A stretch of DNA of 64,000 bases from a virus. Both the position numbers and the translations under genes were made by a program. Numbering within the stretch: the first letter of the stretch is position 1; each line of letters starts with the position of its first letter. Below the pieces are notes generated by a model. It was not told the origin of the DNA. It saw only the letters and a program-made list of their open reading frames with translations, and did not search any database. Positions 39,458-48,785 of the stretch are shown here, piece after piece. The stretch covers positions 1-64,000 of the IMG/VR virus record IMGVR_UViG_3300033273_000392; one strand, 5' to 3'.

Positions 39458-39485
39458 TTATACTAAAAAGCCGCGAAATGTTTCA
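39458..39485 (-). promoter_or_regulatory. Middle-type bipartite promoter TGAAAC-N15-AGTATAA (representative copy)
   Basis: Related copies at 9245-9272, 19093-19120, 30255-30280 and 50769-50794. Confidence 0.65.
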
Positions 39486-39494
39486 CGGCTTTTC
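39465..39494. terminator. Intrinsic (possibly bidirectional) terminator overlapping a middle-type promoter
   Basis: aaaaagccgcgaaa-tg-tttcacggcttttc inverted repeat with A/T runs on both sides. Confidence 0.75.
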
Positions 39495-39496
39495 TA

Positions 39497-39736
39497 TTAA
39501 ACCAACTCTTCTTTGTATAGCTTGGCAATATATTGTTCAAGCATAGCGGCATTGAATCCATCAAGGCTCGCATAGAAGCGCGTCATCGCGCCGTATGGAC
39601 CGGCTAGTTGATATGATTCCGACCACTTTTTAGATAGATGTTCGACCATCATAGGACCCAACTCGCCGTAACAATCCTCGATGAAGTTAGGGGGATAGTT
39701 CATAGCGAACATCACGAAGTCTTTGTATTTCTTCAT
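39497..39736 (-). CDS. Hypothetical early protein
   Basis: 79 aa; ATGA overlap with the upstream small ORF. Confidence 0.7.
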   Translation of the reverse strand: MKKYKDFVMFAMNYPPNFIEDCYGELGPMMVEHLSKKWSESYQLAGPYGAMTRFYASLDGFNAAMLEQYIAKLYKEELV

Positions 39737-39870
39737 GCCTCCATTTCGATTCGTTCGAGTTCAGCTTCGATTTCAAGGGCCAAATTACGACGTTGGCTCT
39801 CTGTCATTGCCATGATTTCAACCATGGAATATCCTGCATCTTTCAGCAGTTCAATAGCGTAGTTATTCAT
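39733..39870 (-). CDS. 45-aa hypothetical early protein (below ORF-track cutoff)
   Basis: MNNYAIELLKDAGYSMVEIMAMTESQRRNLALEIEAELERIEMEA; fills the gap and is coupled to the next gene by an ATGA overlap. Confidence 0.7.
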   Translation of the reverse strand: MNNYAIELLKDAGYSMVEIMAMTESQRRNLALEIEAELERIEMEA

Positions 39871-39882
39871 TTTCTTTTTAGA

Positions 39883-40281
39883 TTAGTAGCGAAGACCTCC
39901 GATAACAGAAGCAGGGAATTTATAGACCTTTCCAGTGTTGACATTTTCAGCCAAGAGTGGGTACTTTCGAGATCGTGGCTTCAAACCAGTAATCTTGTAA
40001 GTTTCATAACGGAACTCAAAGGTATCGCCGAGCTTATAGCCGTTAATGCCAAAGCTAGACGCATAGCGGTTAAAGTCAGTTGCTTCTTTGGTCATCACAG
40101 TGCCATTCTTTGCAACCGTGGAGATGTTGATCTTAGTAGTGCAGTTTGTTGGTGAGAAACTAGAGTTTCCAACTTCAATCTTAACGCCGTAGCGCTTTGC
40201 GACTTTGGCCAACGCAATTTCGATGTCGTCGGCAATCTGGCGGACCGATGCACGGTCAAGGGAAGAAATAGCTTTACTCAT
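39883..40281 (-). CDS. Hypothetical early protein
   Basis: 132 aa, first gene after a terminator and a host-type promoter. Confidence 0.75.
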   Translation of the reverse strand: MSKAISSLDRASVRQIADDIEIALAKVAKRYGVKIEVGNSSFSPTNCTTKINISTVAKNGTVMTKEATDFNRYASSFGINGYKLGDTFEFRYETYKITGLKPRSRKYPLLAENVNTGKVYKFPASVIGGLRY

Positions 40282-40317
40282 GAGAGAATTGATTTGTTTA
40301 ACTGATTAACTTTACAT

Positions 40318-40332
40318 ATGCAATATACAACA
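40318..40332 (-). promoter_or_regulatory. Candidate host-type (Bacteroidota -7-like) early promoter
   Basis: Minus strand TTGTATATTGCA resembles the TAnnTTTG -7 element; lies upstream of three small ORFs. Confidence 0.45.
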
Positions 40333-40360
40333 AAAAACCCAGACATAAAAATGCCTGGGC
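40332..40360 (-). terminator. Intrinsic terminator
   Basis: CCCAGGCAT-TTTT-ATGTCTGGG-TTTTTT on the minus strand. Confidence 0.8.
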
Positions 40361-40387
40361 TATTAATTTTGTTAAAAATCGTTAAAA

Positions 40388-40765
40388 TTACTTTTCTAGC
40401 CTTTCATTAAGAAACGACTTAAAACTGTAAATGTATTTCATTTCAGAAGTCTCTTCTTCCTCTTCGTCTTCTTTTCTGCCAGCTGGAACATCTCCAGAAC
40501 CGACTTCGCCAGTGTCTGGATTTGGAAAGGCTACTGGACCCATGCCGCTTATCTGTGCTGGAGTTATACCTTCTCCGACCTTATCAGGGAGACCTTCGTG
40601 TTTAGTCTCGGCAAAATCTTTAAGCTGCTTTAAAGTCATATTATCTACAAGATCCTCTACATCATCCCTATAAGATGAATCGACGTCAGAAAGTTGCATA
40701 TCACCGTTTTTGACGGCGTATGCAACTCCCATTAGTCTCTGTTGTGATTTACTTGTACTAGGCAT
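40388..40765 (-). CDS. DUF3008-like protein with C-terminal capsid-targeting-like motif
   Basis: MPSTSKSQQRLMG..MTLKQLKDFAETKHEGLP; C-terminal MKYIYSFKSFLNE. Confidence 0.6.
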   Translation of the reverse strand: MPSTSKSQQRLMGVAYAVKNGDMQLSDVDSSYRDDVEDLVDNMTLKQLKDFAETKHEGLPDKVGEGITPAQISGMGPVAFPNPDTGEVGSGDVPAGRKEDEEEEETSEMKYIYSFKSFLNERLEK

Positions 40766-40768
40766 TAC

Positions 40769-42748
40769 TTATGCTGGCATGTAATTTCCTTTTACGTACT
40801 TATGAATATCATTTATTTTCTTAGCAGCGGCATCGGCCTCGTCCTTATAGTATGAGGTACCGTTAGCTGCTTTACCTCCGGTTTCAGCTTCCCACTCTGC
40901 GACTCTTCTATTGTAATCAATATATTTTCCATATAGATCCAACGCTCTTGACATAGAGTGTGATGCATCTCCAACACTGTGCTTAGTGCCAGGGATCGCA
41001 ATACTTCCCCATTGGCCAGATTCTCCTGCTGCAATACCAGCTGAAACTGCATTACTTATTAATTCAACAATTTCTTTAACTAATGCATCAATATCTGTTT
41101 CTGATGCTCTCTGCTTAAGAATAGCATAGTATCTTTGCTGATTTTCTTTTCTAAACTCTTTATCACTAGTAAATGCAAGTGCACCTTTCTTAGCATCTTG
41201 TCTTGCTGAAATCTTATCAGATGTACTATATTTGTCACGTAGAGCTTGAACGTTAAATACAAGGGCCCTATCAGCCATTTCAGCAATTCTCTTTACATTG
41301 TATAGTCCAGTAGCACCGTATCCTTTGTACTTTTTATCAATACCATAAGAACCTACACCACGGTAACCTTTACTTGATTTTGTCAGACTACTGCCGCGTT
41401 TCCAGCCGCCAATTCCCATAAAATCACCATTACCATTAGAAACAGCTAAGATAAATCCACCGCCCGGAATAGTGCCATATGCACCTCGATCGGTATACGG
41501 GTTTTCTTTTTCATTATCTGAGATATAGATGATATACGTATTGTAATTATATCCCTTTTTACCCTGTTCAAGCTTATATGCATCTTGTGGGTCCATAACA
41601 GAAATATCTTCATCCTGTACTTTGTCTAGTGCGATCTTTGTAGACTGATAAAAAGCATTAGATAGTCTAGCGTCAACCTTCTTTTCATTAGAATGTCTAC
41701 TAGTATTACTAAAGGCGTCTCTTAATAGATTAGAAGAGAACGCTTCATTTAGAATAGAATACTTATCTAATTGCTTTTCTTCTTTTAGTAGAGCAGAAAA
41801 GCTTTCAAAAGATTCAGAAACGATTTTTTCTTCAGATTCAAAGAAGCTATTAAATACGTCAACAACGCGCTGTGCTTCATTACCAAATCCAATAGACTCT
41901 AGGTAAAGAGCAGCTCCTTCAACTACACCAATACCAGCAAAACCTGCAGCAGAAGATGCTAGGCTGTAGTGCGATTCGATAAACTGCTTGACTTGTGCGT
42001 TTGTTAGAACAATCTCATGTCCACCTAGTTCAGCTAGTCTAATAGCCAATGGTCTGTATGCTCTTGGGGTTGCTTTAGGAAAAGCTTTTCCAACCGCTTC
42101 CATTTCTCTGTGGAAGTTTGCGTCTTCCATACCGTTCATTGTAACTTGCTTTAGAGCTAGAAGTAGGTTAGCCTTATCCTTTGCAAGACCCGATGCGGTA
42201 ACTTCAAAGAACTTCTTAAGAGCTGCAAATACTTTTTTAGCCTCTCTAGACTCAACTTTAATTGCTTCGTTCATTGTATTGTTTGTATTTTGTGTTTCTT
42301 CTTGTATTGATTCATCAGAATCTTCTTCCTCACTTACATCTTTAACAGTAACTGGGAAAGTTTTACCTTGGAACTCAAACTCCTTTAAGCCCTCGGCCTT
42401 TGCAGCTCTAGCCGCAGTAATAAATGCGTTTCTACCTTCATCGATCTCCTCTTCTTCGTTGACCGCTAGGGCTGAAAGTGCCCTTTGTCCAAACTTAGAA
42501 AGCTTAACACCATCTTCTGAAACGCTAAAGTACTTTGCGTTTCTTCTTAACCATCTTTTAGAATCGCCGCTAAGCTCAGAAACAAGAGCATTAAACTCTT
42601 CTTGTGTAATCTGGCCGTCTGCAATTTCAGATAGAACTTTATTTCTTATTTTAGCAGTAAAACCCGCCTCTAAAGCAGGGTGGTTTTCTGTGTATCTTCT
42701 CTTGAGAGTAATCTTCTTTCTCTCATTTAAATAATCATTAAAATTCAT
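40769..42748 (-). CDS. Large putative internal head protein
   Basis: MNFNDYLNE start; several (L/I/M)-N-E sites; shares a module with ORF 45919-46566. Confidence 0.6.
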   Translation of the reverse strand: MNFNDYLNERKKITLKRRYTENHPALEAGFTAKIRNKVLSEIADGQITQEEFNALVSELSGDSKRWLRRNAKYFSVSEDGVKLSKFGQRALSALAVNEEEEIDEGRNAFITAARAAKAEGLKEFEFQGKTFPVTVKDVSEEEDSDESIQEETQNTNNTMNEAIKVESREAKKVFAALKKFFEVTASGLAKDKANLLLALKQVTMNGMEDANFHREMEAVGKAFPKATPRAYRPLAIRLAELGGHEIVLTNAQVKQFIESHYSLASSAAGFAGIGVVEGAALYLESIGFGNEAQRVVDVFNSFFESEEKIVSESFESFSALLKEEKQLDKYSILNEAFSSNLLRDAFSNTSRHSNEKKVDARLSNAFYQSTKIALDKVQDEDISVMDPQDAYKLEQGKKGYNYNTYIIYISDNEKENPYTDRGAYGTIPGGGFILAVSNGNGDFMGIGGWKRGSSLTKSSKGYRGVGSYGIDKKYKGYGATGLYNVKRIAEMADRALVFNVQALRDKYSTSDKISARQDAKKGALAFTSDKEFRKENQQRYYAILKQRASETDIDALVKEIVELISNAVSAGIAAGESGQWGSIAIPGTKHSVGDASHSMSRALDLYGKYIDYNRRVAEWEAETGGKAANGTSYYKDEADAAAKKINDIHKYVKGNYMPA

Positions 42749-42773
42749 GATAGAATCCTTGTTTTTGTATATA

Positions 42774-44630
42774 TTAGTCTGACATCTTTATAAATTCAGA
42801 AAAGGTTAGTAGATTTGACTCATAAACCTTAGATTCTGCAGCTGCCATAGACATTTCTAAAGTATCTTTAAGCTCTTTATACATTCCATGAATCTCCTTA
42901 GGAGTAAGCTTCTTAAATAAGCGCTCGTCTCCATCTAACATCGCGTTTCTAACTTGAGTAGCTGAAATGTTTTTACCTGTTCTAGGAATCTCAAATAGAC
43001 CAAAATCATCTCTAACACCCAGATCTTCTCTGTATTCTTCTTTATCTACCTGGTAACTATAAACCTTAAGTCTATCGCTACCAGTTCCCCATAATACTGG
43101 TTCATATTTAGGTCTCATCATATTGAACATCTTATCAATAGCAGCGGATGGAACAATAAACACCTCTTGAATAGGGTATTTTCTTTTTAGCATATTAAGC
43201 ATCTTAACCTGCATCTCTTCAGAGTAAGGTCTCTTAAATGCATCCTCAGCCTTTCTCGTTTTTGACTTAACTAGAAAAATAACTACAGGATATCCATTCT
43301 CTTTATGAATTGCATTTATAACTTTAGCGTGGCCTAGTGTAAACGGCTGGAATCTACCAACAAACATGTTTACTGGCATTTTACCTTGTTCTTTATACTT
43401 TACATCAAGTGCCTCCATAACCGGTGAATCCTGAGACTGTATCTTTTCAGCTTTTAAGAAAGTGTTATATGTCATAATGCTAGACTCTTCCTGCTTCATC
43501 ATGATTCTATCTTCTATTTTTTCGACAATATCATTCATCTGACTCATAAGATCTGCATTTATAATCTTTGTTTCCTTGGTTCTCTTTTTTCTAAATGAAC
43601 CTAGCATAATCTTAAATAGCTCTGAAAGATCCTCGTTAGAAACAAGTTCTATAGTTTTTTCGTTTGTTATAAACTCCCTATTTAGTTCAAATCCGGGCTT
43701 ACTAGCAAATCCAGCCGAATCAAAGTCAGCTCCGATATACTTAACCGCATTCTTAGAAATGTAATCATTGAATATGGTAGACATAATCTCAAGATATCTA
43801 AGATCTGTATCTTCTTCTAAAAGATCTAAGGAACCTATGTTGTAGTCCGAAAGGTATTCTACTAAGTCTAGTATTGAAATCTGATACATGTCAGACGCCT
43901 CTCTTTCCTCATCGACCTTTCTATCAAATCTAGAAAGCTTAAAGTTCTTTATCTTTTTGCCATCAGCAAATGAGACTATTAATGAATCTATATCAGCATC
44001 TAATCCCTCATGTAATGCTGTCTTAGAAAGCTGCTTATTAAATATACCATAAACGCTTCTGGTAAAAGAGTCATCCTTAAATCTGTTTTCAAAGGCTTCA
44101 TCGCTTAACTCTAAAAGAGAAATAAGGTCATCCTTTTGGTGTGATGCAAGTACACCCTCGAATATAACAGGAATGCTATTTACATCAAGAGTATTAGCCC
44201 ACTTTTCTAAGATTTTAGGGTCTCTGATAACCTTTTTAATCTGTGTTGGATCTGTTGGATTTAAAACCTGAATGTGCGTTAGTATAAGGTGGTTCTTAGG
44301 AAGATTATCATACTCAATGTCGACTGTTTTTCTATTAGTCATATAGTCAAAACCAAACTTCCAGTCAGATGGCATCTCAGCCTTAATCTCGTCCGAAATA
44401 GAATGAAAATGCCCTATTGCGTTTTCGTAGTATTTAACAATTGTTCTATCGACCCTTGTCATAGGATATTTAGATCCACTCTTGTAGAACTCATATCCTT
44501 CAGATGTTCTTCTAGCATGAAACGAAGATGCTTGTACCTTTTCTGTAACTATGCACTTGTTTTTCAACATGTCCATAAATTCATTTCTATTACAAGAATT
44601 AAAATATGTTCTTAAGTTTTCAAGTGCCAT
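42774..44630 (-). CDS. Degenerate ligase-fold domain fused to an HxGH (cytidylyltransferase/NMNAT-like) nucleotidyltransferase
   Basis: N-terminal VTEKVQAS..PVIFEG (ligase motif I-like); C-terminal GRFQPFTLGH, GSDR, ISATQVR. Confidence 0.7.
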   Translation of the reverse strand: MALENLRTYFNSCNRNEFMDMLKNKCIVTEKVQASSFHARRTSEGYEFYKSGSKYPMTRVDRTIVKYYENAIGHFHSISDEIKAEMPSDWKFGFDYMTNRKTVDIEYDNLPKNHLILTHIQVLNPTDPTQIKKVIRDPKILEKWANTLDVNSIPVIFEGVLASHQKDDLISLLELSDEAFENRFKDDSFTRSVYGIFNKQLSKTALHEGLDADIDSLIVSFADGKKIKNFKLSRFDRKVDEEREASDMYQISILDLVEYLSDYNIGSLDLLEEDTDLRYLEIMSTIFNDYISKNAVKYIGADFDSAGFASKPGFELNREFITNEKTIELVSNEDLSELFKIMLGSFRKKRTKETKIINADLMSQMNDIVEKIEDRIMMKQEESSIMTYNTFLKAEKIQSQDSPVMEALDVKYKEQGKMPVNMFVGRFQPFTLGHAKVINAIHKENGYPVVIFLVKSKTRKAEDAFKRPYSEEMQVKMLNMLKRKYPIQEVFIVPSAAIDKMFNMMRPKYEPVLWGTGSDRLKVYSYQVDKEEYREDLGVRDDFGLFEIPRTGKNISATQVRNAMLDGDERLFKKLTPKEIHGMYKELKDTLEMSMAAAESKVYESNLLTFSEFIKMSD

Positions 44631-45919
44631 TATCTTCCGTATTTAATGATTCCCATTAGCTGGTTTATAGCAGCAAATGTACCTGTTAGTTTGTAAGTAT
44701 GTCCCTTATATCTAAAAACAAGACCTTCGGTAGGTACAATTGATTCTATACCTCCAATTCTATCTAGTCTCTTTAGTTCGTCCTCTACCTTTTTAATTTG
44801 CTTTTCATCGCCTCCCTTTTTAATCTTATCTGCCTCCGTTCTTATTTCGTTATGCAATCTCTGCATTTCTTTATCAGGCGATACTGCCAAAAAGTTAGAT
44901 GCATTCTTTAATATGATAGAGCCTAACTCTAAGAAAAGATCTTCAAATGGCTCTATGTTTTCTTTATACTTTTTCTTTACATCCTCTTTATCAAACTTCT
45001 TAATAGATGCAAGTTGATTCTTGTCGACTGCCTTTGCTACAGCTCTCATATCAAGTGTCTTCTTATCACCATATGCCCATCTTAAAAGAAGACCCTCTTT
45101 AACTTCCTGAGGTAGGTCTGAGAAATTAGATTCTATCTGCTCTCTCCACCACATCTCGTGATATCTTGATACTTCATCTGAATCAGATAAACTGTATCTT
45201 TTCTTTAGAGATTCAACCTTAGCTAAAAATTTAGACTTATTTTTTTCAAAGTCTACATCCTTTCTAAGTTGTATAATTCTAGGTGGTATAATTTCAAAAG
45301 TATCACCTACCCTTGCGTTTACTTTATCTAATAATGATGTTATTTCTTTTGCTCCCTTTGGATTTTGTCCTATAATATTACCTTCGCCATCTGTTTCTAC
45401 GATACCGTGAAATTGTATAGCATCGACATCATAGTGTATTACATTAGGATTCTTAGAGTAGATAAGCTCCATGTTCATAAATGACTTTCCGTCATTAAAG
45501 TACTTATCTAAAACATCTTGCTTTATCTTAGGAAGATTAGTCGATAAATCCTTAGCTGCTAGTGTAAATGTATCTCTAACTAACTCGCTAGGATGATCGG
45601 CAAACATTGCCGTTATACCATCTAGATCCAGAGGAGCCATAAGTTGTGTCTTGTTTCTAGCAAATAGAACAACACCGCCTTTGACAGTAGCAAATACATT
45701 CTGGCCGTCTGTTTTTTCTGTAGGATCCTCTTCAAAGTTTAACTCGCCGCTAAGACCTGATTCTATAAGGTTTTTAAAGTCACCAAACGTAAGTGATTTG
45801 TTATCAAACGGGTGTGACATATGGCCGGCTGCACCGCCCTCCATAATAAGAGAATGGCCCGCTACTGCGGGCTTCTCCTTCTCAAATAAGAATTGCTTAT
45901 ATGTAAAAAATCTATTCAT
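44630..45919 (-). CDS. Ligase-fold covalent nucleotidyltransferase (RNA-ligase-like)
   Basis: Motif I TEKTDGQN, ARNK, motif IV EGLVF, motif V YKLTG; N-terminal EGGAAGHMSHP. Confidence 0.65.
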   Translation of the reverse strand: MNRFFTYKQFLFEKEKPAVAGHSLIMEGGAAGHMSHPFDNKSLTFGDFKNLIESGLSGELNFEEDPTEKTDGQNVFATVKGGVVLFARNKTQLMAPLDLDGITAMFADHPSELVRDTFTLAAKDLSTNLPKIKQDVLDKYFNDGKSFMNMELIYSKNPNVIHYDVDAIQFHGIVETDGEGNIIGQNPKGAKEITSLLDKVNARVGDTFEIIPPRIIQLRKDVDFEKNKSKFLAKVESLKKRYSLSDSDEVSRYHEMWWREQIESNFSDLPQEVKEGLLLRWAYGDKKTLDMRAVAKAVDKNQLASIKKFDKEDVKKKYKENIEPFEDLFLELGSIILKNASNFLAVSPDKEMQRLHNEIRTEADKIKKGGDEKQIKKVEDELKRLDRIGGIESIVPTEGLVFRYKGHTYKLTGTFAAINQLMGIIKYGR

Positions 45920-46566
45920 TATCCTAGAGAGCTCTGTAGCATGCCTACTGCAGCGCCATAGTCTCCTTCTGCTTTTGAAAGTATTCCGTCAATTGTCTCT
46001 TGTGCCTTTGCTTCGTCAAAGTCATCACCGAATGCCTTTTGAAGAACTGCTTTAGCATACTCAGAAAACTCTTCGTCAGAATTAACTTCTGCTTCACTTA
46101 CTTCAGCTTCTTCAACCTCTTCGGTTTCAGTAACTTCTTCAGTTGCTTCTTCAGTTGCTTCTTCGTTAGCAGCGGCTTCCATTTCCTCAGCATTTTCTTT
46201 ATCGTCGGCATCGACGTCTTCTACTGGGTATGTTTCACCGTCAACTGTAAACTCTTTTTCGCCGTCTGCTATAGCCTTAGCTCTTGCAGCACCAAACGCA
46301 TTACCTTCTGAAACATAAGCCTCTTCTAATCTATCGATCATATAAGTTACGTCTTCAGAACTTGCGTTTTCTTTTAATCTATCAAAGAAAGATGCCTTGT
46401 CATCATCGTTTAACTCTGAAATTTCAGAAACGCCGTATTCAGACAACAGATCTTTAAAGCTCTGTGCACTAGACGCTCTTTTTGCTTCTCTTTCTTCTTC
46501 AAGTTTTGCAGTTTGTTGTTCCTTTCTAAACTGAGAGAAAGAGTTAAAGTCGTGTAGTTTTTCCAT
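45919..46566 (-). CDS. Acidic putative prohead core/internal protein
   Basis: Very Glu-rich; N-terminal LHDFNSFSQF; late motif upstream. Confidence 0.6.
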   Translation of the reverse strand: MEKLHDFNSFSQFRKEQQTAKLEEEREAKRASSAQSFKDLLSEYGVSEISELNDDDKASFFDRLKENASSEDVTYMIDRLEEAYVSEGNAFGAARAKAIADGEKEFTVDGETYPVEDVDADDKENAEEMEAAANEEATEEATEEVTETEEVEEAEVSEAEVNSDEEFSEYAKAVLQKAFGDDFDEAKAQETIDGILSKAEGDYGAAVGMLQSSLG

Positions 46567-46598
46567 ATCTATATTATATTTTTTGGAATATCATATTC

Positions 46599-48107
46599 TT
46601 ATATATCCCCATCAAATTTGATCTTTTTAATAACGTATTCAAACTTTTGTTCTTTGTAGATTCTGCGGCGTTCTATAGCATGTCGCATTAGATAGTTTGT
46701 CCACTCATCAGAAGATAGGTCATCTACAAAATCAATGATAGTTACGCTATCTTTTGATTCATGTTGTCTTAGACCACGGCCTATAGACTGTCTAATGATA
46801 ACCTCTGATTTAAACGACTCTGTAAAGAATATATTGTGGATCTTCTTGATCGAAATACCAGTTGAAAATGTACCGTATGATGCCACAATCACTACTTCTT
46901 CACCAGCCTCCATCTTTTTTTTATACTCCTCTCTTATGTCTTTATCGGTTCCACCATCTACATAATAGACTATCTTATCACTATCAGATCTAAGCTTATC
47001 ATATAGCTTTTTACCATGTTCTATTCTATGGAACAAGACAAGTGAGTTGCCAGGAATCTTAGCTACAACAGAGTTTATAAAGCTAAGTCTTCCAGGGGAA
47101 TTTATAACATAATTCTGTTCGAACTTAAATACATCCTTACTCTCATACCTATTTATTGCCATCTCACTAAACGCCTTCTTAGTAGAGTCTGATGCATAGT
47201 CCATCTCTATAATCTTTACTTTACATCCTGCAATATGGCCTTCTTTCTGCAAGTAGTTCGCGCTAACCTCTGTAATAACAGGGCCAGTATATGCCATCAA
47301 GGTAAGCCTATCTAGCTTTCCTTTTTTAGGTATAGTTCCTGATAGACCGTATCTGTATTTTGCATTGATACACTTCTGTAAGATCGCCTTGATAGAAGTG
47401 GACTTTGCCTTGTGCGTTTCGTCAATAATTACCGCATCAAATTGTTGGAAGTAATCCTTTGGCTTTTTAACAAGTGACTGATATGTACCTATAACCACAT
47501 TTCTGCCTTGGCGTATCTTCTGTCCTGAATAGATCTGCTGAACCTTTATACTTACCCTATTCTCATAATTGTAATCAAGGAAATCCTCGCTTGCCTGAAC
47601 TACAAGAGATACGTTAGGTACTATAAATAGAATCTTATTAGCCTTCTTTTTTTCTAGCATGTATGCAACCGTAAGAAACGATATAAGAGTCTTACCTGCC
47701 GAAGTGGCAAGTTCAGCAAGGCACCTCCTAAACTTCAATATATTATAAGCTGCCTCTATCTGATAGTCCCTAGGAGTTATCTCGCTGTCCTTAAAGAACT
47801 CTAATGCCCATGCTTCGAATTCATCTTGCTTTATAGACTTATCAAATATCTCTGTAATACCATTAAGCTTAAGGTCAAACTTATAGTCCTTACATAAATC
47901 CATGATGTCTTTCCACAGACCTGATGGAATCCATTTATTATCCTTTATGTACGAGACATAACCATCCCACACACCTCGTTTAACCAAGGGGTTGAATCTC
48001 CAAGAATCAATCCTCTTAGTTAACGAGATGTTGAGCTGCTCTATCTCCAGCTCTGTCGCAGAATCTACTCTAAGAAACTGCTTATTTTCGGTTAAGCTAA
48101 GTTCCAA
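46599..48107 (-). CDS. uvsW: SF2 DNA helicase
   Basis: PRDYQ, ATSAGKT, DETH, GLSGT, FSTGISI, QSIGRGLR. Confidence 0.95.
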   Translation of the reverse strand: MELSLTENKQFLRVDSATELEIEQLNISLTKRIDSWRFNPLVKRGVWDGYVSYIKDNKWIPSGLWKDIMDLCKDYKFDLKLNGITEIFDKSIKQDEFEAWALEFFKDSEITPRDYQIEAAYNILKFRRCLAELATSAGKTLISFLTVAYMLEKKKANKILFIVPNVSLVVQASEDFLDYNYENRVSIKVQQIYSGQKIRQGRNVVIGTYQSLVKKPKDYFQQFDAVIIDETHKAKSTSIKAILQKCINAKYRYGLSGTIPKKGKLDRLTLMAYTGPVITEVSANYLQKEGHIAGCKVKIIEMDYASDSTKKAFSEMAINRYESKDVFKFEQNYVINSPGRLSFINSVVAKIPGNSLVLFHRIEHGKKLYDKLRSDSDKIVYYVDGGTDKDIREEYKKKMEAGEEVVIVASYGTFSTGISIKKIHNIFFTESFKSEVIIRQSIGRGLRQHESKDSVTIIDFVDDLSSDEWTNYLMRHAIERRRIYKEQKFEYVIKKIKFDGDI

Positions 48108-48131
48108 TACATAGAAATCTTTTTATTCTCC

Positions 48132-48554
48132 TTACAGATCTTTTAGTGCGAGTCTGTTTCGGATGGCAAATCCCATGTTGTCTAGGGTCTTCACCGACTC
48201 CTTTAGAAAGTCAAGCTGATTCTCTAAGTGAGCCAAAATTGTATAGTCGTCGGCGAGGTCTGCTTCCATAAACCTCTCCTTTTGTTTTTCTCCTAACTTA
48301 TAGTCATACTCATAATATCGTATATACGCTTCTCTGTGACGCACTGATAGTCTAGCCTTCTGGTCACGAATCTTCGTATTCATATATGCTATCTGATCTA
48401 TAAGCGATTGTCTAGACGAAAGCACCTTTGCAATCGTCTCTTCCATTCCATTAATATACTTTAAGCTATGTGCAAGTTCTTTAATCTTTGTAGACCACTC
48501 ACTTCTTTGCTTTCCGAGCTTTTCATCTAACTCTATTATCTTCTCTTTACTCAT
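48132..48554 (-). CDS. uvsY: Probable recombination mediator
   Basis: 140 aa helical protein next to uvsW; C-terminal LD-x-MGFAIRN resembles the UvsY tail. Confidence 0.6.
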   Translation of the reverse strand: MSKEKIIELDEKLGKQRSEWSTKIKELAHSLKYINGMEETIAKVLSSRQSLIDQIAYMNTKIRDQKARLSVRHREAYIRYYEYDYKLGEKQKERFMEADLADDYTILAHLENQLDFLKESVKTLDNMGFAIRNRLALKDL

Positions 48555-48563
48555 CTAGTTTCT

Positions 48564-48785
48564 TTAAAAGAGGCTTTTGCGATCTCCTCTTGGTTTAACA
48601 AACTTACTAGCCTTTTGTTTCTTCTTAAACTTTGGTTTTATCTTTTCAGATTCAGGTTGGTCTACTTTATAATTAGATGCGTCGAAGTCAATGAACATCT
48701 TCATGCCCTTGAATCTTTCACGATCCTTGTAGAATCCATCTAAATCGTCTTCGACCATCCGTGTTATTTTATTTATACATACCAT
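48564..48785 (-). CDS. Small basic hypothetical protein
   Basis: Fills the gap between primase and uvsY. Confidence 0.6.
   Translation of the reverse strand: MVCINKITRMVEDDLDGFYKDRERFKGMKMFIDFDASNYKVDQPESEKIKPKFKKKQKASKFVKPRGDRKSLF

Noticed and set aside
42774-43400. Calling the HxGH domain a definite NAD-reconstitution NMNAT
   Set aside because: The motif is shared by many nucleotidyltransferases, and no Nampt or ADPR-PP synthetase partner is in the window.
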